64,000 nucleotides of DNA from a virus: IMG/VR virus record IMGVR_UViG_3300047443_000115, positions 27,589 to 91,588 of that record; one strand, written 5' to 3'. How positions within the stretch are numbered: position 1 is the stretch's first letter; every line of letters starts with the position of its first letter. Below are positions 18,903 to 26,981 of the stretch, in pieces. Under the pieces are notes generated by a model. That model ran no database searches. It had not been told where the DNA came from and saw only the letters and a list, made by a program, of their open reading frames with translations. Both the position numbers and the translations under genes were made by a program.

Positions 18903-19150
18903 AGCCCGTCCTCCCTGCTCACGGCGCCCTGCAGTCCGACCAGCGTGGTTGCCAACTGCATCCACGCCTCGCCCTGCTGCTGGGGCGGGAGGTCGTTGAT
19001 GATGCGGCGCAGGTGATCCCAGGAGGCAATGGCCTTCTCTTCCGGCGTGATGGCCGCGTCGTACTTGGCCTGCCAGAACACGGTGAGGTTGTCTCGCCGG
19101 CGCTGGGCTCGGGTCTTCTTGCCCGCGCGAGTCGTCTTGATCATTTCCAT
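18899..19150 (-). CDS. Hypothetical protein
   Basis: 83 aa, coupled. Confidence 0.6.
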   Translation of the reverse strand: MEMIKTTRAGKKTRAQRRRDNLTVFWQAKYDAAITPEEKAIASWDHLRRIINDLPPQQQGEAWMQLATTLVGLQGAVSREDGL

Positions 19151-19158
19151 GTCTCCCG

Positions 19159-20277
19159 TCAGCTACCGGTGATGGAGCGGACGTTGGGCGATCCGAGCGC
19201 GGCGAGCTCGGGGTGGTCGGCTTCGATGGCGTCGCGGATCCGCTGGCACGACGAGCGGGAGATCGTCTTGTCGGCGAGCTTCCCGGCGACAAGCGCGTCC
19301 CGGATCTCGGTCCACTCCGGGCGCTTGCCAAGATCGGCGTACAGGGCGCGGACGCGCTCACGGCGCCGGTCGGCGACCGACTTCACGGCGCTCTTCTTGG
19401 GCTTGCCCTGAGCGCGCTCGCGGCGCTCGGTCGCGGGCTTCGGCGGGCGCCCATCCTGGGCGCGCTCAACGCGCTCGGGTTGAGCGCTCACCGGGCGCTC
19501 GATCTGGGCGCGCTCAACCACGGCTTCGGTGAGCGCCGGGCGCTCGGGTTCGGCGCTCACGATCGGGCGCTCAACCTCGACGACTGTGGGCGCATGGACG
19601 GGCGCCTCGGCGGTCGTCGCAACACGCTCGCGCCGCCGCGCCTTCTGCTCTCGCGGCGGCGCGATCATGAGGTGCATTCGCCACAGGATGAGAGACGCGA
19701 TCGACGCCACCACCGCGATCAACCACCACTGCGGCTTACCGCCCGCCGTGAGACCGAACAGGCCCACCGCAGCCAGGTGATAGATCACGTTCGCGGCGAT
19801 GGTGAGACCGATCGCCTGCAGGATGTCGCGGTGCCGGCGGAACGCCTGGATGACGTACACGTCGATGACGAGCGGCAGCAGCCACGCCACGCCGCCGCCG
19901 AAGCCGACCATCCTCGCGAGCGAGTACTCACCCGACGCGGTGAGACCGACGGCGCCGGCGATGACGACACGGGCGGCCCATACGTCGAGCTGGGCGGCGG
20001 TCTTCTTCTTCTGATCCGTCTCGGCGGCGGCCTCGTCCCGGATCCGCTGGGCTTCGGCACGCGCCCGGTCGAGCTCCGCCTTGGCGGTGTCGCGGACCCG
20101 GTCGGCATCCTTGCCGGCCTTCTCGTGCATCTCGTTGGCCTTGGCGAGCAGGGCCGCGGCATCGGCGCGGTCTGCTTCGGCTTGCGGGTCGGGCTGGGGC
20201 GGCGTGACGGGCCATACTTCGCCGAACACGGGCATGGCAAGCGGCTTGGGGGTGCCGTTCACCTGGTTGGCGGTCAC
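19159..20277 (-). CDS. SpdB-like (DUF2637-type) membrane protein with C-terminal HTH
   Basis: Coiled coil, four TM helices (LTASGEYSLARMVGFGGGVAWLLPLVIDVY), repeat linker, helical C terminus. Confidence 0.7.
   Translation of the reverse strand: MTANQVNGTPKPLAMPVFGEVWPVTPPQPDPQAEADRADAAALLAKANEMHEKAGKDADRVRDTAKAELDRARAEAQRIRDEAAAETDQKKKTAAQLDVWAARVVIAGAVGLTASGEYSLARMVGFGGGVAWLLPLVIDVYVIQAFRRHRDILQAIGLTIAANVIYHLAAVGLFGLTAGGKPQWWLIAVVASIASLILWRMHLMIAPPREQKARRRERVATTAEAPVHAPTVVEVERPIVSAEPERPALTEAVVERAQIERPVSAQPERVERAQDGRPPKPATERRERAQGKPKKSAVKSVADRRRERVRALYADLGKRPEWTEIRDALVAGKLADKTISRSSCQRIRDAIEADHPELAALGSPNVRSITGS
19354..19572 (-). repeat. Cluster of GAGCGC short repeats
   Basis: 12 copies of GCGCTC on + strand plus 3 in the opposite orientation in ~220 bp. 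Confidence 0.8.
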
Positions 20278-20312
20278 GTCGTTCTCCTTCATGGGGTGGG
20301 GGTGTGGGTGGG

Positions 20313-20543
20313 TCAGTGCTCGGCGCTCTGGTCCTCGGCGACGGTGAACTTCGCCTGCCGCCAGGCGCCCCAAAAGTAGGCGAGGCTGTTGAAGACACCG
20401 AGGAAGGCGGACCCCACCGCGAACACACCCACGGCGAACGGCAGGTGGTGGATGTACAGCTCGCGGGCGAGGAGCAGGGCGAAGACGAGAGCGATGGCGG
20501 CGAAGATCCCGTAGGCGATGGCGGGCTTGTCGGTGGCGGTCAC
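20313..20543 (-). CDS. Small two-TM membrane protein
   Basis: 76 aa, hydrophobic. Confidence 0.65.
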   Translation of the reverse strand: MTATDKPAIAYGIFAAIALVFALLLARELYIHHLPFAVGVFAVGSAFLGVFNSLAYFWGAWRQAKFTVAEDQSAEH

Positions 20544-20632
20544 GGGGTTCCTTCCGGGATTCGGGTCGGGTTCGGGGTCGCTGGCCGTTCTCCTTGGTGC
20601 TCACCCCGGGGGTTGAGCACCGCGGTCAGCAG

Positions 20633-20863
20633 TCAGCGGGTGCGGACTCGCCGCGAGTCGGTGATGGAGTCGGCAAGGAGTCGGGTGGCGTCGATACCGC
20701 GCGGCACCTCGAAGTCGTGGCGGCGGGGGCACCGGAGACGGGCCTTGCCGCCAGCGCGGCCGTAGACAGTGAGGCCCGTGCGGGCCCTGCATGACGGGCA
20801 GACGGCAGCGACGCCGCCACCGGTGATCTCTCCTGCGTATGTGGTCTCGTACTGCTCGGCCAT
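20633..20863 (-). CDS. Small zinc-ribbon protein
   Basis: CPSC...CPRRH. Confidence 0.6.
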   Translation of the reverse strand: MAEQYETTYAGEITGGGVAAVCPSCRARTGLTVYGRAGGKARLRCPRRHDFEVPRGIDATRLLADSITDSRRVRTR

Positions 20864-20887
20864 GGGGTTCCTTCCGGATGGAGTGAG

Positions 20888-21343
20888 TCAGCGGTTGTGG
20901 ATGTGCCGGGCCCCGGTTTCCCGGAGTGCGGTGTGTGCCTGCCGGGCGTGCAGTCCGGCGGTGTCGAGGTGGTCGGGGGTGGCGTCGCCGAGAGCCATGG
21001 CCGCATCGACGGCGCTCTGCGCGAGGGCGATGAGCCGGGTGTCGTCGGTGGCCATGTGGAGGGTGTCCATGGCGCTGGTGACGGCGGACCGGGCCGCGTA
21101 CCGGGCGGTGCGGGCCTCGGCGGTGTCGGGCTGCTGCTCCCGGCGGGCGACGTGCTTCAGGTACTGCTGCTCCCGATGCCGGACCAGTGCGGCCAGCAGT
21201 GCGGGGATCGCGTCGGCCACGGCCTGACGGCGCCGCTCGGCCTTCGCCGCCTCGGTGGTGCGGGTGGAGGTGAGGTGCTGCAGTCCGCCGGCCACGACGC
21301 CACCCAGCAGGGTGCCGATGACGGCAACGATCGTGGCGAGCAT
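20888..21343 (-). CDS. kilB: KilB-like protein
   Basis: MLATIVAVIGTLLGGVVAGGLQH...AVADAIPALLAALVRHREQQY resembles pIJ101 KilB (recognised from memory). Confidence 0.75.
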   Translation of the reverse strand: MLATIVAVIGTLLGGVVAGGLQHLTSTRTTEAAKAERRRQAVADAIPALLAALVRHREQQYLKHVARREQQPDTAEARTARYAARSAVTSAMDTLHMATDDTRLIALAQSAVDAAMALGDATPDHLDTAGLHARQAHTALRETGARHIHNR

Positions 21344-21483
21344 GTGGGGCTCCTTTCGGGTTCGATTGCGGGTCGGGTCGTGCACCGGGGTCCTGGGCCG
21401 GGGGGAGCGTTCACCCAGGACCCCGGCGGTCTTTGCCGGGCTTGGCAGGTCGTCGGAGCGGTGGTCCGTGCAAGCCCGGCGGA

Positions 21484-23595
21484 TCAAGGGGTGCGGCGGG
21501 TGATGCGGAACCCGGTGCCGTCCTCGGTCGTGTTGCCTCGGACTTCGCGCACCGTGTGGCCGTCCAGGCCGTCGTAGGCGTTCTGGAAGCCGGGCAGCAC
21601 GATCGAGGTGGATCCGTCCGGGCGGGTGAGCTCGTAGGCGGTCACTTCGTGGGACTGGCGGTCGGCGGGCATGGGGTCAGTCGCCGTAGTTCTCGGGGAG
21701 TCCGTGGCGTCGGAGCCACTCGCTCTCCATGGAGTTGGAGCCCTGTGAGTCGTAGTAGGCGCGGGCGTCGTTGACCTCGTCGTCGGTCATCTCGCCGGAG
21801 GTCTTCGGGTACCAGGACTGCTGGGTGTGGTCGGTGCTCATGGGGTTCCTCTCGGGTGTGGCGGATGGTCGGACTGGTCAGACGAGCTGCAGGTCTTCGT
21901 TGGCGTCGTACAGCAGCCGGTCCGCCTGGGTGAGCAGCCGCTTCCGGGTCTTGGTGTCCTTCGGCCCGAGGTGCTGCACGGCGCGGAGGACGTCGGCGGC
22001 CTGGGTAAGGCATTCGCGTTCGTAGCCGAGCGGGCTGAGCCGGTTGAGGACCGCGTCGAGGAAGCCGGTGAACCCGGCCTCGGTGCAGTCGGCGGCGTCG
22101 AGGGTGATACCGACGGCGTCGGCGATGGTTACGGCGTAGTCGGTGATCAGGGAGTCGACGGTGATGGGCTTGGTCTTCACGGGGGTCCTCTCGGGATCAG
22201 TAGGCGGGGCCGTCGACCTGGCGGACGTACAGCCGCACGCCGGGGTGTTCGGCCTGGGTGCGCAGTACGTCCTGGACGATGCTGTTGAGCGATCCCGGGC
22301 CGCCGACACCGCCGAAGCTGAGGAGCTCGCCGGTGGCGTCGTTGTAGACCCGGTAGTTCATGTCGACGTCGGAGGTGTCCTTGCGGTCCGGGAGGGGCTT
22401 GCCGTTCCAGTGGTCGCTCATCGTCCGGTCCCTCCCCGGCGCTCTCGGGTGGGTGCGATGAGCGGCTTGCCGGGAATGCAGGGGCGTCCGGCGAGGTCGT
22501 CACGGGCGCGTTCGGCATCCGCCTTGTCGTGGGCCGTTCCGAGTTCGATGAGACCGTCCTTCGTCCACGTGTAGACCGACCACGCCATCACTGGCCTCCC
22601 TGCTGGCGTCGGGCTTCGTCGATCTTGCGCTGGGCCTCGGCGATCGCGGCCTGACGCTGCCGGACCTGCTCGGCCAGCGCGCGGGCAGCGGCGCCCTGAT
22701 CGGATGCGGTGGACATGGTCACCACCGCCACTGCTGGATCGCCCGGCGACGCGCGGCGGAGCGCCTCGTCAGCCTGCGAGAGCTGGCCACCACCCGGGCG
22801 GGGCAGCGGAGGCAGGGCGGGGACGTCGTCGCGGTGGTCGGCGGCGCTCACGACTGCCCCCTCAGCGTCTCGCGCAGGCTGACGTTCGCCCGGTGGGTCT
22901 CCGCCAGCTCGTACCGGCGGTCGAAGGGCAGGTGCGTGGTGGCCAGCAGGTGCCCCGTCTCGCGGACCGCCTCGTCGGCGGCGGCAAACGTCGTGGCCGT
23001 GGACGGCTGCGGGAGGTCGATGCGGGCGCTCATCGCACACCCCGCTTCGGCTTCCGTCGGCACCCGGCGGCGTGCTCCTCAGCGTCCCGGCGGGCGAACG
23101 GCAGACCCGCATAGGCAGCTGGGCTGTCGCTGCGGTGACCGGCACTGCACTCCCACCGGTACGGGCTGTACGCGCGCTGCTCCGCCAGCACCTGGGCCGT
23201 GGCGCCGGAGCGCGTCGGGTAGGCCATGCCGTCGATCGGGGTCGCGGTCACAGGTCGGCCCCCACAAGCTCCAGCTCGGCCTCGACACGCAGGTGCTCGT
23301 CGGCCTCCCACTTGGCGAGGGCCGCTTCGGCGTCGTCCATCGCGGCGGCGAGCACCGGCGTCGGGATGCGGCGGGCGGTCAGCGCGAACGACTCGTACAC
23401 CTCGAAGTCAGCGGCCTGCCAGTCGGCGACCGGAACCTCGGCGGTCAGTACGCCGGCGTCGGCAGTGTGGAACACGATCGGCGCGAACACCTGCGCGGAC
23501 GGCTTCGGCGGGTTCGAGGCACCGGGAGTGCGCTTCGGGAGCGGCGCGGCGGACATGGCGGGGGCGGTCGGGCGGAGGGCGGTGGCGGTGGTCAT
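21484..23595 (-). CDS. Run of small hypothetical genes (21484-21672, 21677-21841, 21878-22180, 22197-22421, 22418-22588, 22588-22716, 22848-23033, 23030-23251, 23248-23595)
   Basis: Tightly packed ORFs, coupled or preceded by AGGA RBS; no recognisable motifs. Confidence 0.55.
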
Positions 23596-23834
23596 GATGC
23601 GAGCTCCTCTACGGCGGCGGGGACACCCAGGAATTCGAGGACTGCGGAGGGCGGGATCTTCGTCAGGGTCTGGCGAACCTGACCGCTGCCACGACTGGTG
23701 GAGCGCAGGCGGCCGGACTTGACGGCCCGGTAGACCGTGGCCTGGTGGACGCCGATCAACTCGGCGACCTCGGGAACGGTGAGGGAATCCCTCAGCTCGG
23801 CGAGCACTGCGTCGAGTGCGGCTCGGCCAGTCAT
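23592..23834 (-). CDS. Excisionase-like HTH_17 DNA-binding protein; first gene of the transfer operon
   Basis: LTVPEVAELIGVHQATVYRAVKSGRL. Confidence 0.8.
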   Translation of the reverse strand: MTGRAALDAVLAELRDSLTVPEVAELIGVHQATVYRAVKSGRLRSTSRGSGQVRQTLTKIPPSAVLEFLGVPAAVEELAS

Positions 23835-23890
23835 GCGCAGTCCTCCAGATGGGTGCGGAAAGGTGAAGCTGCAGGTGAAGACCACCTGTG

Positions 23891-23957
23891 CAGCTTGGGT
23901 ATCCAAGTGCGATAGGACGACCATAGAGCGCCCGCCTTGGGTATGCAAGTATTGCGA
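23891..23957 (-). promoter_or_regulatory. Leftward promoter with two operators
   Basis: TTGCAT-N17-TATGGT; near-palindromes CTTGGGTATGCAAG (23936) and CTTGGGTATCCAAG (23894). Confidence 0.75.
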
Positions 23958-24034
23958 GTGGGTCACCTTGGAGCGACCTCAAGTCATTGGCGAGGAGGTG
24001 TGGCCTGAGGGGCAGGGAAGGACGTTCGTAGTTC

Positions 24035-24083
24035 GTCTAGTCGCGTTTGACTTGACCTGTCTACCGAACTTAGACTTAGACTC
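24035..24083 (+). promoter_or_regulatory. Leaderless hicAB promoter with operators
   Basis: TTGACT-N18-TAGACT, 7 nt before ATG; GTCTA-N7-T(A/T)GAC twice. Confidence 0.65.
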
Positions 24084-24299
24084 ATGAAGTACCGGGATCT
24101 GATCAGCAAGATCAGGAAAGCCGCGAAGCAGCTAGACATCCCCTTCGTCAAACAGCGACAGAAGGGGAGCCATCAGGTGTGGCTTTGCGGCACGACGCCC
24201 GTCGTCATCCCGAAGCACGGCGGTGAGATCAACGAGATCACTGCGATCAGCATCTGCAAGACCCTGGAAGAACCGCTCGGAGAGGGGTGGTGGAAGTGA
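24084..24299 (+). CDS. hicA: HicA toxin (mRNA interferase)
   Basis: 71 aa, KGSHQ motif, VVIPKH. Confidence 0.9.
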   Translation: MKYRDLISKIRKAAKQLDIPFVKQRQKGSHQVWLCGTTPVVIPKHGGEINEITAISICKTLEEPLGEGWWK

Positions 24300-24691
24300 A
24301 GACCTACCGCGTCAAGGCCCGCCGTGTCGGCAATTGGTGGGCACTCGAAGTGCCCGACCTGCCTGGCGTCTTCAGCCAGACGAAGCGGCTTGATCGGGCC
24401 GACAAGGAAGCGCGCGAGGCCATCGCGGTCATGCTCAACGTTGAACCGGACACGATCGGCGTCGACATCGATGTAGACCTTCCAAGGGAAGCGCGGGACG
24501 TCTTGCTGATGGCCCGACGCGCCCGCCAGGCCGCAAAGGAAGCCGCCGACGCGGAGCGGAAGGCGATGCAGGAAGCCGCCGCAGTTCTCACGCGCGATCT
24601 CAGCCAGCGCGATGCGGGGCGCGTCATGGGCGTCTCGTTCCAGCGCATCTCGCAGCTGCTCAACCCGATGCATGGCAAGCACGCCGGCTAG
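24296..24691 (+). CDS. hicB: HicB antitoxin with C-terminal HTH
   Basis: WWALEVPDLPGVFSQ...AREAI; SQRDAGRVMGVSFQRISQL. Confidence 0.9.
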   Translation: MKTYRVKARRVGNWWALEVPDLPGVFSQTKRLDRADKEAREAIAVMLNVEPDTIGVDIDVDLPREARDVLLMARRARQAAKEAADAERKAMQEAAAVLTRDLSQRDAGRVMGVSFQRISQLLNPMHGKHAG

Positions 24692-24698
24692 CCACTAC

Positions 24699-24744
24699 AC
24701 GCACTGAAGGCCCCCGCTCGCTTGAGCGGGGGCCTTCAGTGCGT
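24699..24744. terminator. Bidirectional terminator
   Basis: 21-bp perfect inverted repeat between convergent hicB and gntR. Confidence 0.85.
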
Positions 24745-24757
24745 TCGGAGAGTGGGG

Positions 24758-25531
24758 CTATACGTCGATCACGTATCGAAAGACATGGCGGTCAGTCGGC
24801 ACGCGGGAGTCGAGCACCTCCAACGGCTTGCCGCTGGAGTCGTAGGCCGTCCGCAGGATCCGCGCGATGGGAACGCCGGCCGGGATGTCCAACTGCTCGG
24901 TCTCAAAGGGCTGGGGCATGCGGATGTCGAGGTCTTCGACGAACTGGACGATACGGCGGCCGATCGGGCCGTCGGGGTTCTCTATTACCGCATTGACGCC
25001 GCCCTTGATCGGGCGAGGCTCTGCGATCGGAGTCCCGGCCACGAGGTCGCGATCGTAGTAGCCGTCCACCAGTTGCATGGGGCTGTCGTCCACAGCGAAG
25101 AGGCGGCGGCGAACCAGGACGGGCGTGCCGGTCTCGACGCCAAGCCTGCTGGCGATCTCCTCCGGGGCCGGAACCTCGGACACTTCCGTAATGGTCTGCT
25201 TGGCCCGCTGGCCCTGCGCTGCAGCCTCGGCGTTGTAGTTCGAGACGCCGGTGGCTCTGCGCTCGCGGTAGATACTGCCGACCTGGAGCATGCTGACGTG
25301 CGGTCGTTCGCGGACGAACGCGCCCTTGCCTTGGTGCGTGGTCACGAGCCCCTCCATTCGGAGGAGGGCAATGCCCTTGCGTACCGTCGCCCGGGTCACA
25401 CCGAAGCGTTCCGCCAGTTGGTGCTCCGAAGTGAGCTTGTCCCCGGGGGCCAGATCGCCCCGAAGGATCTCCGCACGCAGCTCGTTGGCGACCCGCTTGA
25501 ACGGGTGCTCCTGGTTCGGGTTGGGTGACAT
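24758..25531 (-). CDS. GntR/HutC (UTRA) repressor, KorSA/TraR-like
   Basis: LAPGDKLTSEHQLAERFGVTRATVRKG...GKGAFV plus UTRA domain. Confidence 0.9.
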   Translation of the reverse strand: MSPNPNQEHPFKRVANELRAEILRGDLAPGDKLTSEHQLAERFGVTRATVRKGIALLRMEGLVTTHQGKGAFVRERPHVSMLQVGSIYRERRATGVSNYNAEAAAQGQRAKQTITEVSEVPAPEEIASRLGVETGTPVLVRRRLFAVDDSPMQLVDGYYDRDLVAGTPIAEPRPIKGGVNAVIENPDGPIGRRIVQFVEDLDIRMPQPFETEQLDIPAGVPIARILRTAYDSSGKPLEVLDSRVPTDRHVFRYVIDV

Positions 25532-25589
25532 CGCGCTCCTGATGGCCTGGATATACAAGCCAGAGTAGCCGCATCGGGAGCGAATGGGA

Positions 25590-26009
25590 CTACTCCTGTG
25601 CGGCGCACCATCCTGACCAGCGGGTTACCGTGATTTCAATGACGGGGCCGCTCGGTCGAGTCTCGCGATATTGCTCGTACTTGTATATCAAAGCGCTGAC
25701 AAGTTCAGCCGCATCCTCATTCGCCAGCACGCGTGCGTGGCCATCGGCGCGCACCCACCACAGCCGATCCCAGTCGTCCTTGTAGCGGTCCACTAGGAGA
25801 GCCACGGCAGGGTTCTCCTCAATGTTCCGGAGGCGCTTCAGATCCGTGTGGCGCTTCGGCTTGTGGTCGACAGCGATGGTGACCGTGTCGCCGTCGACAG
25901 CGAAGGTCGCGGGGACGAGGTGAGGCCGGCCAGCCGCGTCGACGGTGGCCAAGCGGAGGACTCGCGCGTCGGCAAAGCGGGCTCTGCACTGCTCCTCGGT
26001 CATCTGCAT
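25590..26009 (-). CDS. PPOX-class putative F420-dependent split-barrel protein (TIGR03668/Rv0121-like)
   Basis: LATVDAAGRPHLVP...AVDHKPK...LKRLRNIEENP...DDWDRLWWVRADG. Confidence 0.88.
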   Translation of the reverse strand: MQMTEEQCRARFADARVLRLATVDAAGRPHLVPATFAVDGDTVTIAVDHKPKRHTDLKRLRNIEENPAVALLVDRYKDDWDRLWWVRADGHARVLANEDAAELVSALIYKYEQYRETRPSGPVIEITVTRWSGWCAAQE

Positions 26010-26044
26010 ACCGAGACGGTACCCAGCCGCCCGGATTGCTTCAT

Positions 26045-26109
26045 TCGCAGTACTTGCATACCCATGCTGCGCAGGCTACGGTCATCGAGTCAGCTTGGGT
26101 ATCCAAGTG
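26045..26109 (+). promoter_or_regulatory. Rightward promoter with two operators (mirror of 23891-23957)
   Basis: TTGCAT-N17-TACGGT; 19-bp exact and 19/20-bp inverted matches to the leftward promoter. Confidence 0.75.
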
Positions 26110-26227
26110 ATTCCCGGCGCTAGGCATGCAAAAGGCCGGACGGTTGCCACCGTCCGGCCGAAGATCAAGGCGGGGTGCAACCCGCCGATCAGTTGAGGTC
26201 CAACCTGCCTGGAAGGAGCGCTCTTCT

Positions 26228-26557
26228 GTGAGCGTACAACAGAGCACGTCCGTTCGACCCACCGAAACCTCTGAGGCCTCCGTCACCCCTCCCGCCGTCA
26301 CGCTTCTGGCGAAGCTGTGGCAGTCGGCACCCCTCTCCCTGCTCCTCGAAGCGGCGAACGCCCGCGTCCTGGACTCGGAGATCGACGACGACTACTTCTT
26401 CGGCAGTGCGGTGCAGCGCAAGGACGGGCGTCTGTTCCTCGTCATGCCGACCGGCCGGCCCGAGGCGGAGCGGGACACGATCGTCCGCGACCTCATGGCG
26501 CGGATGCTCCGCGTACCGCTGCCGGGCATGACGCCGACCAGGCGAGTGGCCGCATGA
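26228..26557 (+). CDS. Hypothetical protein
   Basis: AAGGAG RBS, GTG start. Confidence 0.6.
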   Translation: MSVQQSTSVRPTETSEASVTPPAVTLLAKLWQSAPLSLLLEAANARVLDSEIDDDYFFGSAVQRKDGRLFLVMPTGRPEAERDTIVRDLMARMLRVPLPGMTPTRRVAA

Positions 26558-26889
26558 CCGACGGCAACATCCCCGACTACTACATGGAGCGCGCGCGCTT
26601 CCTCGCCACCGTCAAGGACATTGGCGAGGGGACCGAGGTGGCCGACGCGGCGCTCGACCTGATGATCAGGCTGGAGAGTTCCATCCAGTCACCCTGGGCA
26701 GTCACAGACCCGTTCGCCGCCGAGCGCTACCTCGTGGCACGCGGAGCCGACCCGGACGTCGCATCCGAGGAGGGTGTCGTCTTTGAGATCCAGATGCGCG
26801 CCCTCGTCAGCATCGGCCTCGGACGCCCCGTCCAGTCGTTCAGCGAGATCGCCGGCTGGATCGCCGAACACGTCGACACCACCCCGTAG
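26554..26889 (+). CDS. Hypothetical acidic protein
   Basis: ATGA-coupled. Confidence 0.6.
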   Translation: MTDGNIPDYYMERARFLATVKDIGEGTEVADAALDLMIRLESSIQSPWAVTDPFAAERYLVARGADPDVASEEGVVFEIQMRALVSIGLGRPVQSFSEIAGWIAEHVDTTP

Positions 26890-26981
26890 TTGTCCGTCCC
26901 TGCCCGTACAGTCGCATGACCGCCCCCGACTGGATTCACGTCCAATCGGGGGCGGTTCGCGGACCGGTAAGGAGTCCACGC

